NCBI GenBank assembly: GCA_963847705.1
Contig: CAWKBC010000030.1
Coordinates: 416,001 to 480,000 of the forward strand
Length of the DNA: 64,000 bases
Reading direction: 5' to 3'
Source of the DNA: an uncultured Pseudomonadota bacterium
GTDB taxonomy: Bacteria; Myxococcota_A; Polyangia; Fen-1088
Part shown: piece after piece, positions 20,696 to 32,605 of the stretch
Layout: each line of letters opens with the position of its first letter
How positions within the stretch are numbered: position 1 is the first letter of the stretch
Program-made: the position numbers and the translations under genes
Notes under the pieces: generated by a model
The model's input: only the letters and a program-made list of their open reading frames with translations
Databases searched by the model: none
Told to the model about the DNA's origin: nothing

Positions 20696-23254
20696 CTACT
20701 TGAGGACGAGCTTGCCGCTGAGCTCGATCCTCTGGGAGGACGACCCCACCAGCAGCTCGAACGTTCCCGGTTCAGCCCGCCATGCTTTGGTCGCCACGTC
20801 GAAGTAGGACAGCGCGCGCCGGTCGAGCAGCAGCTGAACCCGCTTCGTCTCGCCGGGCGCGAGCTCGACCTTGGCGAACCCCTTGAGCTCCTTCGGCGGT
20901 CGAGGCACGGGCGCGTGGCGATCGCCGACGTAGAGCTGCGCGATCTCCGCGCCCCCGCGCCTGCCGATGTTGGTGACGTCGAAAGAGACCGTCACCGGCG
21001 CATCGCCGGCCATCGCCTCGGGAGTGATCTTCAGAGCGCCGTATTTGAAATGCGTGTACGAGAGGCCGTGGCCGAAGGGGAAGAGCGGCTTTCCGCCCGT
21101 CTTGTCGAAGTGCCGGTAGCCGAGAAAGACACCTTCTTTGTAGGCGATCCTCTTGTTGGCATCCGGGTAGTAGCTGGCGGCGACCGCGCTGTCTTCGAAC
21201 CGGCGCTCGAACGTGACCGGCAATTTCCCCGATGGGTTGACGTCGCCCAGAAGCACCTCGGCGAGCGCCGTGCCCCCTTCTTGACCGGGATACCAGCTCT
21301 CGATGACGGCCGGAACCTGGTCGATGAAGCGGGTCATGTCGACGCCGCCACCGGACGTCAGCGCGACGACCAGGCGCTTGTTGGCGGCGCGAACGGCGGC
21401 GATGAGCTCGTCCTGGCCCGCCGGGAGCTGAAAGGTCCGGTCGTACCCTTCGCTCTCGGTCATCGGCTCGAAACCGGCGGCCACCACCACCACGTCGGCG
21501 CGCGCGGCCAGGTCCTTCACCGCCGGATCGACGAAGGCGTCGGCGCGGCGCACGCCCAGGCCGACGCGCGCGTGGTGATCGCCGTGGAGGTACTCGAAAC
21601 GGATGGCGTAGGCCTGTCCCGCCCGGAGCGGCAGCGACGCAAAATTGATGGGCTGCGGCCCGCGCGCGCGATCGAGCAAGAGCTTGCCGTCGACGAAGAG
21701 CCGGTACTCGTCGAGACCGTAGCTGAAGGCGGCGAAGCGATACTCGCCCGAGGTCGGCGCAATGAACGCGCCGGTCCAGCGCGCCGACGATTGCTTGCGT
21801 GCGCCGGTCGGCCAGAAGTTGGGTTTGTCCCAGGCAAAGTTGACGTGCTCGTCGATGCGCGTGAGCACCGGCGCGCCCGCCAGCGCCGGATCGTCGAAGT
21901 ACTCGCCCTTGAGCCCGGGCTTCGCCCGCTTTCCGTCCTGGGTCGGGGCGGTGACGAACTCGGTCGTGTCGAAGATCTCCGCCAGCGTGGGGACGCCGTG
22001 GTGGACCAGCACGGTGGCGCTGCCGCGCAGCGCGTCTGCCAGCCCTTGCAGGAAGCTGGTCGCCGCCAGGGGCCGCACCTGCGCGCTGCCGCCGCCGACG
22101 GGGATTGCCGGGTAGGCGTTGGGGCCGATGAGCGCCACGGTCTTCAGCTTCTTCCTGTCGAGCGGCAGCAGCTCGCCGTCATTCTTGAGCAGCACCAGGC
22201 CGGCGCGGGCCGCCTCGAGCGCCACCGCGCGCCCCTCCTCGTTGTAGAGCGAGAGGCCGGGGTCGACGGCCGGGCGATCGAGCCAGCCGAAGCGAATCGC
22301 GGTGCGCAGGATCCGCCTGACCTTGTCGTCGATCGTCGCCTGCGAGACCTTGCCAGCCTTGATGGCTGGCAGCAGCGTCTCGCGGTTCATGAAGGTCGCC
22401 GAGGGCATCTCGAGGTCGAGGCCGGCGTTGGCGGCGGCGACGCCGTCGTAGGTGGCGTCCCAGTCGGACATGACGACGCCGTCGAAGCCCCACTCCTTCT
22501 TCACGAGGCCCTCGACGAGCGCGGCGTTCTCCGTCATGTGGAGGCCGTTCACCAGGTTGTACGAGGTCATGAGCGCGCCGACGTGCGCCTCTTTGACCGC
22601 GGCCTCGAAGGCCGGCAGATAGATCTCGCGCATCGTGCGCTCGTCGAGGTCGGAGCTGGTGTGGTGGCGATCGACCTCCGAGTTGTTGCCCAGGAAGTGC
22701 TTGATGGTGGCGCTCACCCCTTCGCCCTGCATCCCCTCGACGTACCCGACGGCCATCCGCGCCGCCAGGAACGGATCCTCCCCCAGGTATTCGAAGTTCC
22801 GGCCGCACATCGGGGCGCGGTAGATGTTCACGCCCGGCGCCAGCATGATCTGGACGCCGCGTGCGCGCGCGTCGCGCCCGATCATCGCGCCGACGCGGTG
22901 GGCGAGCGTCACGTCCCAGCTGGCGGCGAGGCCAATTCCAGCCGGATAGGCGGTCGAGGGGCCGACGTTGCGGACGCCGAACGGCCCGTCTGCCATCCGG
23001 AAGGCCGGCAGCCCCAGTCTTTTCACCGCCCGGATGTAGAAGCCGTCGGCGCCCCCCAGATAGTCGATCTTCTCGTCCAGCGTCATCTTGGCCAGCAACG
23101 CCTCGGCGCGCTCATCGATCTCGGCGGTGGTGGGGCTCGGGGTGGCGGTCACAGCGGCGGCTTTCGTCTGGAGGGCCCCGAGGTCGATGACGACGGCGAC
23201 GGCAACGGCGGTGGCGCTGCCGAGAACGATCGGCCACATCGGGCGGAAAATCAT
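20696..23254 (-). CDS. GH3 beta-glucosidase with PA14 insertion and Fn3-like domain
   Basis: MADGPFGVR, GRNFEYLGEDP, KHF, VMSDW nucleophile, PA14 (GLKGEYF...SARWTG), FPFGHGLSYT. Confidence 0.93.
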   Translation of the reverse strand: MIFRPMWPIVLGSATAVAVAVVIDLGALQTKAAAVTATPSPTTAEIDERAEALLAKMTLDEKIDYLGGADGFYIRAVKRLGLPAFRMADGPFGVRNVGPSTAYPAGIGLAASWDVTLAHRVGAMIGRDARARGVQIMLAPGVNIYRAPMCGRNFEYLGEDPFLAARMAVGYVEGMQGEGVSATIKHFLGNNSEVDRHHTSSDLDERTMREIYLPAFEAAVKEAHVGALMTSYNLVNGLHMTENAALVEGLVKKEWGFDGVVMSDWDATYDGVAAANAGLDLEMPSATFMNRETLLPAIKAGKVSQATIDDKVRRILRTAIRFGWLDRPAVDPGLSLYNEEGRAVALEAARAGLVLLKNDGELLPLDRKKLKTVALIGPNAYPAIPVGGGSAQVRPLAATSFLQGLADALRGSATVLVHHGVPTLAEIFDTTEFVTAPTQDGKRAKPGLKGEYFDDPALAGAPVLTRIDEHVNFAWDKPNFWPTGARKQSSARWTGAFIAPTSGEYRFAAFSYGLDEYRLFVDGKLLLDRARGPQPINFASLPLRAGQAYAIRFEYLHGDHHARVGLGVRRADAFVDPAVKDLAARADVVVVAAGFEPMTESEGYDRTFQLPAGQDELIAAVRAANKRLVVALTSGGGVDMTRFIDQVPAVIESWYPGQEGGTALAEVLLGDVNPSGKLPVTFERRFEDSAVAASYYPDANKRIAYKEGVFLGYRHFDKTGGKPLFPFGHGLSYTHFKYGALKITPEAMAGDAPVTVSFDVTNIGRRGGAEIAQLYVGDRHAPVPRPPKELKGFAKVELAPGETKRVQLLLDRRALSYFDVATKAWRAEPGTFELLVGSSSQRIELSGKLVLK

Positions 23255-23545
23255 CGCCGCGAACGTAGCATGCAGATCACGCCGCGCGGGAGATCGTGGT
23301 GCTTCCGGTCGCGCGCCAAATCTTCGCCCCAAGGAATCAAATTTCGGTCTGGATTTGTCCCAACATTCGGATTCGTTCAGACCCAGCGTGCCAGGATGTA
23401 ACGAAGATCCCGTTTGGCGGACAACGACAGGCCACCCACCAGGGGGACCAGAACACAGGGATACTCGTTCACCTGCCGTTCTGCACGCGCCTCCGGCGGA
23501 CCCGTCCCCGAACGGGATTAAAAATGAAACGCGCGTCGGACCGCT

Positions 23546-23878
23546 TTACGCGGCTTTCTTCTGCTTCTTTGCGCGGCGGGCTTCGCGGTACTTCTTGATT
23601 TGGGCCTTGGGGATGTCCTTGTGCTTCGCACAAACCATTCCGAAGACCGGCGCAGCAGGGTTCTTGCATCCGGGAACCGGGCAGAGCTGCTTCGGTCCCT
23701 TCCTCCGGGGCTTCCTGCCCAGGTCGAGGCCAGCGGACAGCATCTTGGGTGGCCGGCCGGGTGAGCGTTTGCCCCCCAGCGCGTTCTCGACGGCCACGCG
23801 CGCGCGATCCAGCGCCTGACGTTCCATCAGGGAGCTGAGTTGATTGGCAAAATCTTCGATCAGAGTACGGATTGTCAT
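23546..23878 (-). CDS. Small basic protein with AT-hook-like motif and C-x4-C...C-x2-H zinc finger (candidate nucleoid-associated protein)
   Basis: N-terminal amphipathic helix, KRSPGRPPK, RKPRRK, CPVPGC...VCAKH, Lys/Arg-rich tail; TATTAT 8 nt before ATG. Confidence 0.75.
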   Translation of the reverse strand: MTIRTLIEDFANQLSSLMERQALDRARVAVENALGGKRSPGRPPKMLSAGLDLGRKPRRKGPKQLCPVPGCKNPAAPVFGMVCAKHKDIPKAQIKKYREARRAKKQKKAA

Positions 23879-24381
23879 CGGCGCGGATAATAGGCCCATA
23901 ATTTGGCAGCAAACAAGTGTTTGTAAAACGCAAGAGGGCGATTTTTAACTTCGGGCTCCCTCGTCACCGCCACTTGATCGTCGCCTTGGTCGGCATTTGC
24001 AGATTGCCAGCCGCACCGAATCGACGGAGATGTTGCGGTTCTCAGCGCCGAAATTGCGCTGTTTCCGCAGGTCCAGCGCTGTTGCGCGCAGAGGAGCGTG
24101 GACGTACGCAAATGTGAAAAAGTTTGCCTGTCCTTTCCGAATCAGGTTGCGCCTCAATCCGGTCTCGAATCGTACGAAACGACAACCTCACGCAATGAGC
24201 TATGGCGCGTTTCGGAGCGCGGGGGCTGGTGGTCGCAATTCGGTATGCATAAACGACCTGCATCAGATTTCTGATGTTCAACGCGCGCTTGACCGCCCCG
24301 GGCGCGGTCAACCGTCCCGATCGATCGCCGTCACGCCGATCCGATCGGCGGTGGCGCGCGCAGCGCAGGTGACGGCGATCA

Positions 24382-24732
24382 GTGCCCCGCCAACCCGCGC
24401 CCCCCGATGGGGGGGAGGCGCTGGCGGCCTGCGTTCAGGCGATCGACAAGGCGCAGTTCTTGGTCGAGCCCGGCGCGCCGGCCGTCTCGGACCTGCTCCA
24501 GCGCGCGCGGCCGGATGAGGACCAGGCGAGCTCCGCGCTGGGGCTCGCCTGGTTTGGCGGTGGCAATCCCAAGGCCCGCTTCAACGCCGGCTACGGCGAT
24601 CGGCGGATGCCCTCCACCACCGACAGCACGGACATGACGAAATGGCAGAACGTGCCCACCGAATTCGACCAGAATCCCGAGGAGTTTCAGATTCTCTACG
24701 ACTGGGTGGCCCAGGGGGCGCTCGACAACTGA
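24382..24732 (+). pseudogene. C-terminal remnant of a larger (possibly cytochrome c-like) protein
   Basis: Good codon bias ending RMP...ILYDWVAQGALDN, typical of the end of c-type cytochrome-like domains; no signal peptide, CxxCH or credible start. Confidence 0.45.
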
Positions 24733-24771
24733 CCCCGCGCGGCCCGCCTTGCCAGGGGCTTGCGAGGGGGG

Positions 24772-24790
24772 TTGAAAATGAATATCAATA
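24772..24790 (+). promoter_or_regulatory. Fur-box-like AT-rich operator
   Basis: TTGAAAATGAATATCAATA (TTGA-N9-TCAA) in a GC-rich context, ~35 nt upstream of a cytochrome c gene. Confidence 0.5.
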
Positions 24791-24823
24791 GCGGTATCGA
24801 TTAGGACCGGTCAGGGAGCAGTC

Positions 24824-25171
24824 ATGCGCGGCAATTCGTCCATCACTCGCAGTCGATCGCCCGGGTCTCTCCACGCGTTCTTCCTGAGCGGGACCGCTGC
24901 GTTGGTCCTCAGCGCCACGGGATGCGGCACCCCCGGGGCGGTCAGCGGCGCGCCGGCAGGCGGCTTTACCGCCCAGGCTTCGGCCGCCACGCCCGAGCGC
25001 GCGCACATCCAGGCCGTCTACCAGAGCCATTGCGGCTCCTGCCACACGCCCGTCGCTCCGGGGAGCGAGCCGTCTGACCGGCTGGAAGCCGAGCTCGAAC
25101 GCCACCACAAGCGCACGCGGTTGACCGAGGCGGAGTGGGCCGGCCTCGACGCGTTTCTGGCCCGCCCGTAG
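24824..25171 (+). CDS. Monoheme c-type cytochrome lipoprotein
   Basis: Lipobox-like SATGC, heme motif CGSCH, distal RHH possible ligand; AGGGAG RBS. Confidence 0.72.
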   Translation: MRGNSSITRSRSPGSLHAFFLSGTAALVLSATGCGTPGAVSGAPAGGFTAQASAATPERAHIQAVYQSHCGSCHTPVAPGSEPSDRLEAELERHHKRTRLTEAEWAGLDAFLARP

Positions 25172-25229
25172 CCACGGCGGCCGGGCGAGCGGCGGCAACG
25201 CTGCGGCGCCCGCGCTAGGCTGAGCGTCG

Positions 25230-27125
<1,896 letters not shown>

Positions 27126-27378
27126 GTCGCCGTCAGCCCCGCGACCGGCGGCGCAGCTCCCTCTGCAGCGGCGCGGCTCCATCAAATGAGGAAGCGCCGC
27201 AGGCCATGCCCGCCCTTCACGAAGATGGCGAAAGGCCTTGAATCGCTTCGAACCTACATCTCCGTCGGTGTGTGAAGAACATGGGAGTGGAAGCGGGAGC
27301 GGCGGCAGGTGAACACCTTCGGCACGCAGCCGAACAGCGCGGACATCACCGGCCCGCTGCCGGGGCTGTAGTCCGCCT

Positions 27379-28039
27379 TCAAGCGGCTTTGGGCCCGCCG
27401 GCGAACAGGCTGTGCCGTTCGACCAGCTTGCGGACGAAGATCTCGGCGTAGTCGCCGGGGACGGTATGGACGATCGAGGGGCGCGGTGCCAGACGGCGCA
27501 CCAGCGCCTCGAACCGGGGCGTCGCCGACAGGAGCCGCGCGCCCAGCTCTTTCTCCACGACGGCGAAGCGCAGCGCCGACGACGCCAGCGCCAGGTGCCC
27601 GAGGCCGAACCCTTCGGCTGCGATCACGCCGGCGGCGATCGCCTCTTCGTAGCGGCCGGTGATCGCCGCCAGCGCCTCGGCCGCCGCCGCTTGCTCCTCC
27701 GGGGACGGCGCGATGAAGAGCCGGTACTGGGCGTTCGAGAGATCGTCGGCCACCGCCACCCAGGCCCGCTGGCGCGCGCGTTCGAAGGGATCGGTCCCCA
27801 GCAGCGACGGCGGGTGCGTCTCATCGAGGAACTCGATGATCGCCTGCGACTCGAACAGCGGCTGGCCGTCGACCAGCAGCACCGGCACCTTCCCGCGCGG
27901 CGAGAGGGCCAGGAACCAGTCGGGCTTGGCCCTTGAGATCGATGTAGCGCCGCTCGAAGGGGACGCCTTTTTCGTGCATCATCGCTGCCGCGCGGTGCAC
28001 GTAGGGGCAGAGCGTGTGGCTCACCAGCTCCAGCTTCAT
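27379..28039 (-). CDS. Glutathione S-transferase; 1-nt frameshift at ~27930
   Basis: LVSHTLCPYVHR N-terminus; removing one C from CCC 27930-27932 restores KAKPDWFLALSPRGKVPVL...LFESQAIIEFLDE. Confidence 0.82.
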
Positions 28040-28061
28040 GACGGCCAGTATGACTCAGGCA

Positions 28062-30317
28062 GTGACTCGAGCCCGACGGCTCGTCGCCCCGCTGCTCGCG
28101 CTGGGGTTCGCGGCCTGTGCCCGGCAAGGCAGCGTCGCCGCCGGGGCCGACGTCTTGACCGAGCACAATGACGGCGCGCGCTCGGGCGCGACGCTGGTCG
28201 AGACCGCGCTCAAGCCGCCGCTCGTCGCGGGTGGCGCCTTCGGGCGGCTCTTCGAACGCGACGTCGAGGGCGGCATCGTCGCGCAGCCGCTGGTCCTGCA
28301 CGGGGTGCCGACCGCCGGCCAGGGCCGTCGCGATCTCCTGCTGGTGGCGACGGAGACCAACTGGGTCTATGCCTTCGATCTCGATGACACCAGCACCGAT
28401 CCGGCGACCCCGCCGGTCGCAAAGCGGCAACTGCAGCCCAGCGGGCGGGTCGTCCCCGCGATCTGCGGCGAGACCCCCTCGCAGCGGGTCGGCATCACCA
28501 GCACCCCCGTCGTCGACGCCGCCACGCGGACGCTCTACGCGGTCGCGCGCAACGCCGCCGATCACCAGTACTACCTGCACGCGCTCGATCTGACCGCCGA
28601 TCTGGGCGACCGGCGCCCGCCGGTCCGGATCGCGCCGGTCTACCGGAGCTCGCCGCAAGGCCCCGGCCTCAGGTTCAACGCCGACTGCCAGCGCAACCGG
28701 CCGGCGCTCCTTCTCTTGAACGGCGTCATCTACGTCGCCTTCGGCAGCCTGGCCTGCGACCGCGACTGCCCGGACGGCACCCCTTACCGCGGCTGGGTGG
28801 CCGGCTACCGAGCGGCCGATCTGGCCGAGGTGGCGGTCTTCTCGACGGGCGCCGATGGCGGGCGCGCCGGGATCTGGCAGGGGGGGAGCGGTCCCGTCGG
28901 CGTGGGCGATCGAATCTACGTCATGACCGGCAACGGCCCGGGCGCGCTCGGCGACGCCTTCGTCGCCCTTCAGGTCTCCGACGCGCCGCCAGGACTGGCG
29001 CTGGCGGCCGCGCATCAGCCGCCCAATCACGACACGCTCGATCGCACCGACAGCGATCTCGGCTCGGGCGGCCCGCTCTGGCTGCCCCCCGGCCTCGTCG
29101 TGGGCGGCGGCAAGGAGGGGCGTTACGAGGTGCTCGACGCGCGCACGCTCGCGCTCTCCCAGGATCAGTCGGCGCTCGACCAGGCCGAGGGCTTCCAGGC
29201 GTTCGTGAACTCGTACCACGCCGATCCGCGCGCACCCGCCTGCGCGACGCAGCCGCGCTCGCTCTTCCCCACGAACTGCGACACCGGCACCGTCCCCGGC
29301 TGCTACGTCGCCGGCACGCGCTACCAGAACGGCGAGGACTGCGGGCCCAACGTCAACGGCGGTCCCGTCTTCTGGTCGGCGGCTGGCCCCGGTTACGGGC
29401 TCGTCTATCAGATGGCGGGGCGTGACTATCTCAAGGCGTTTCGCTACGACAGCGCGACCCACCACCTCGCCGAGCGACCGTTCCTCACCTCGTCCGTCCG
29501 GGCGGTCGAAGGGATGTCGGGCGGGTTCAGCTCGCTCTCCGCCGACGGCGCGCGCGACGCCATCCTCTGGGTGTCGTACCCGCTCGGCGATGGACAGTGG
29601 CAGAACGTGCCGGGGCGGCTGGCGGCGTTCGACGCCGCCACGCTGGGCGAGCTGTGGCACGACGACGGCGGCTACCTGTTCGCCAAGTTCACGCCGCCGA
29701 CGATCGCCAGCGGGCGCGTCATCCGGGCGACGCTGTCGGGCAAGGTCGTGGTCTACGGCCTTCGCGCGGACGCCGCGCCTCGGTCGTTCGTCAGGCGCGC
29801 GTTCGACGGTCTGGCGGCGCTGTTCCGGCCGCGCCCGTTTGCGCTTCCCGCGCCGGTCGGGCGCGCCGCGGTCGACGATAAGTACCGGCTGTCGGGCGCC
29901 GAGAGCGGCTTCTTGGGCCGGCCGGAGTTCGACGCCCGCCCGGTTCAGGACGCCGCTGCCGGATGGTACCGGGACTTTCAGGGCGTCATCATCGGCGACG
30001 TGCCGTCGACGGTCTCCGTGCGACACTACCTGCGCGCGCCGTCACCGGTGCCGGGGCGGCATCCCTGGCTGGGGCTGGGGACGCCGTTCAGCTCGTCCAT
30101 CTACTGGTCGCCACCCACAGGTGCGCACATCGTGACCGGCGATATTCGCGACAGCTGGCTCGCCCAGGGCGGCCCGACCGGCCCCCTCGGCTATCCGGTC
30201 GCCGACGAAGAGCCGGCGCCCGGCGGTGGGCGGGTCGGCCGGTTCGCCGGCGGGACGATCACCTGGACGGTCGCATCGGGCGCGATCCTGCAGCTCGGCG
30301 CGGCAGGTCGGCGGTAG
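28062..30317 (+). CDS. Lipoprotein with PQQ-like beta-propeller and C-terminal LGFP repeats
   Basis: Lipobox FAAC; VLTEHNDGARSG, GITSTPVVD, NRPALLL, GIWQGG, AKFTPPTI; LGFP-type GAHIVTGDIRDSWLAQGGPTGPLGYPVADE; alternative start ATG 28050. Confidence 0.8.
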   Translation: MTRARRLVAPLLALGFAACARQGSVAAGADVLTEHNDGARSGATLVETALKPPLVAGGAFGRLFERDVEGGIVAQPLVLHGVPTAGQGRRDLLLVATETNWVYAFDLDDTSTDPATPPVAKRQLQPSGRVVPAICGETPSQRVGITSTPVVDAATRTLYAVARNAADHQYYLHALDLTADLGDRRPPVRIAPVYRSSPQGPGLRFNADCQRNRPALLLLNGVIYVAFGSLACDRDCPDGTPYRGWVAGYRAADLAEVAVFSTGADGGRAGIWQGGSGPVGVGDRIYVMTGNGPGALGDAFVALQVSDAPPGLALAAAHQPPNHDTLDRTDSDLGSGGPLWLPPGLVVGGGKEGRYEVLDARTLALSQDQSALDQAEGFQAFVNSYHADPRAPACATQPRSLFPTNCDTGTVPGCYVAGTRYQNGEDCGPNVNGGPVFWSAAGPGYGLVYQMAGRDYLKAFRYDSATHHLAERPFLTSSVRAVEGMSGGFSSLSADGARDAILWVSYPLGDGQWQNVPGRLAAFDAATLGELWHDDGGYLFAKFTPPTIASGRVIRATLSGKVVVYGLRADAAPRSFVRRAFDGLAALFRPRPFALPAPVGRAAVDDKYRLSGAESGFLGRPEFDARPVQDAAAGWYRDFQGVIIGDVPSTVSVRHYLRAPSPVPGRHPWLGLGTPFSSSIYWSPPTGAHIVTGDIRDSWLAQGGPTGPLGYPVADEEPAPGGGRVGRFAGGTITWTVASGAILQLGAAGRR

Positions 30318-30377
30318 CCAGATCGCCGAAGCTGGCAGGCGAGCCGCTGCCAGCCCCGCCGGACACCCATCTTCACG

Positions 30378-32588
30378 ATGGGTAAGTCGCGCGCCCCCCG
30401 AAGCCCGTTTCTCTCGGTCGTTTTCCTCTTCTTGCTGGCTGCCTGTGCGGGGGTCAAGCAGAAGGCGACCGGCACCGACGCCGCGGTGACGGGCACCGGA
30501 GGCGCTGGTCCCGCGACCTCGGGGAGCGGCGGTTCGGGGGCGACCGGGTCGGGCGGCTCCAGCGCGACGGGCGGGGCGATCGGCACCGACGCCGGCGCCT
30601 CGGACGCCGCGTGTGTCCCGACCGTCACCACCTGCACGCAGCCGGGCGGCACCTACTGCGGAAAGATCGGCAACGGATGTCCCGGCGGCTCGGTCGATTG
30701 CGGCGCTTGCCAGAGCGGCTACACCTGCACCAACGGGATCTGCATCGGCGGCGCGAGCTGCCCGGCGATCGCCTGCGGCGACTACTGCGGCAGCATCGGG
30801 GATGGCTGCGGGCGTGCGTTGACCTGTGGCAGCTGCTCGTCGAGCAACCAGTGCAACTCGGGGATCTGCGCTTCCCCCGGCTGCGTGCCGCTCACCTGCA
30901 ACCCATCCTCCGGGACACAGTACTGCGGCAAGATCGGCGACGGCTGCGGCGGGACCCTCGATTGCGGCGGCTGCCCGGGCGGCGCGGCCTGCGGCGCGGG
31001 CGGCGTCGCCAACCTCTGCGTCGATCCGAACTGCACGCCGGTCACCTGCAGCCCGATGGGGGGCCAGTACTGCGGGACGATCGGCGACGGCTGCGGCGGC
31101 GTGCTCAGCTGCGGCACCTGCAGCAACGGCATGACCTGCGGCGCCGGCGGAACGGCGAACGTCTGCCCCGGCTCGTCGACCGGCGGCGGCTGCACCGGGC
31201 TGCAATGCCAGGTCGCGACCTGCACCGGGACGGCGACCACCTCGCTCTCCGGCAAGGTGTACGACCCGGCCGGCAAGGTCCCGCTCTACAACGTCACCGT
31301 CTACGTCCCGAACGCGGCGCTCGACGCCATTCCGGAGGGCGTCTCCTGCGACAAGTGCAGCGCGCAGGTCTCGGGTCACCCCGTCGCCGCCGGGCTGACC
31401 GACGCGACGGGCGCCTTCCACCTGACCGGCGTCCCGTCGGGAACCAACATCCCGCTGGTCATGCAGGTCGGCAAGTGGCGGCGCCAGGTCACCGTCCCCA
31501 CCGTCACCTCCTGCGTCGACAACCCGCTCACCGACGTCAACTTGACGCGGCTGCCACGCACGCAGTCGGAGGGGCACATGCCCAAGATCGCCGTCACCAC
31601 CGGCGGCTCCGACGCCATCGAGTGCTTCCTGCGCGAGATTGGCATCGCCGACAGCGAGTTCACCACCGACGCGGGGAGCGGGCGGGTGAACCTCTACGTC
31701 GGCGGCGACGGCCCGGGGAACGGGCAAGGGACGGCCAGCTTCTCGGCCGCGCTCGGGGGCGCCGCCTTCCCGGACGCGCAGACGCTCTGGTCGAACACCA
31801 CCAAGCTGCTCGGTTACGACATCCTCATGCACTCCTGCGAGGGGGGGCAGTACCCCGACGCCAAGAAGCCCTACATCGCCAACATCAAGAAGTACGCCGA
31901 TTCGGGCGGGCGCCTCTTCAATTCCCACCTGCACTTCTACTGGCTTCGCAACGGGCCCACGCCCTGGCCGACGACGGCGGTCTATCTCGGGGCTCAGAAT
32001 GATTTTCCGAAGCCGCCGGCGAGCGTGACCGCGACGATCGACACCAGCTTCCCCAAGGGCGCGGCGCTGGGACAGTGGATGACCAGCACCGGCGCGACGA
32101 CCACGCCCGGATCGATCGCCCTTTACGGCAGCCAGCACTCCGTGCAGTCGACCATGGCTCCGACCTCGCAGCAGTGGCTCTACATCCCCGCCAACACGGT
32201 CTCCGGCGTGGCCGCCCCGTCGGTTCAGTATCTGACGATCAACACGCCGGTCGAGGCGACGCCCGACAATCAATGCGGGCGCGTCGTGCTCACCGACATC
32301 CACGTGAAGAACGCGCCGCCGCCCGGGGGCGGCAGCAGCGACGACTCCGATCCCAAGTATCAGTTCCCCGGCGGCTGCAAGGCGACCGGCCTCTCCGGGC
32401 AGGCCAAGGCGATGGAGTTTCTGTTCTTCGATCTCTCCGCCTGCATCCAGCCGGATTCGAGCACGCCGGAGCCGCCGGTGGTGCCGCCCCCCGGCGCGCC
32501 GAGCTCGCCGCCCACGGCCACCACGCAGCCCCCGCCGGTGCCGCCGCCGCCGCCACCGCCGCCGCCGATCGTCATCGACAAGCCCTGA
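30378..32588 (+). CDS. Myxobacterial Cys-rich repeat lipoprotein with carboxypeptidase-regulatory-like domain and Pro-rich tail
   Basis: Lipobox LAAC, Gly/Thr linker, 4x YCGxIG(D/N)GC...CGxC repeats, SGKVYDPAGKVPLYN, QVGKWRRQ, EFLFFDLSAC. Confidence 0.85.
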   Translation: MGKSRAPRSPFLSVVFLFLLAACAGVKQKATGTDAAVTGTGGAGPATSGSGGSGATGSGGSSATGGAIGTDAGASDAACVPTVTTCTQPGGTYCGKIGNGCPGGSVDCGACQSGYTCTNGICIGGASCPAIACGDYCGSIGDGCGRALTCGSCSSSNQCNSGICASPGCVPLTCNPSSGTQYCGKIGDGCGGTLDCGGCPGGAACGAGGVANLCVDPNCTPVTCSPMGGQYCGTIGDGCGGVLSCGTCSNGMTCGAGGTANVCPGSSTGGGCTGLQCQVATCTGTATTSLSGKVYDPAGKVPLYNVTVYVPNAALDAIPEGVSCDKCSAQVSGHPVAAGLTDATGAFHLTGVPSGTNIPLVMQVGKWRRQVTVPTVTSCVDNPLTDVNLTRLPRTQSEGHMPKIAVTTGGSDAIECFLREIGIADSEFTTDAGSGRVNLYVGGDGPGNGQGTASFSAALGGAAFPDAQTLWSNTTKLLGYDILMHSCEGGQYPDAKKPYIANIKKYADSGGRLFNSHLHFYWLRNGPTPWPTTAVYLGAQNDFPKPPASVTATIDTSFPKGAALGQWMTSTGATTTPGSIALYGSQHSVQSTMAPTSQQWLYIPANTVSGVAAPSVQYLTINTPVEATPDNQCGRVVLTDIHVKNAPPPGGGSSDDSDPKYQFPGGCKATGLSGQAKAMEFLFFDLSACIQPDSSTPEPPVVPPPGAPSSPPTATTQPPPVPPPPPPPPPIVIDKP

Positions 32589-32605
32589 TGATGTTATAGG
32601 GGGGC

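Noticed and set aside
30650-31130. Recurrent TACTGCGG...ATCGGCGACGGCTGCGGC motifs separated by variable sequence, CRISPR-like in appearance
   Set aside because: They encode the Cys-rich protein repeats, vary at synonymous sites and have irregular spacing
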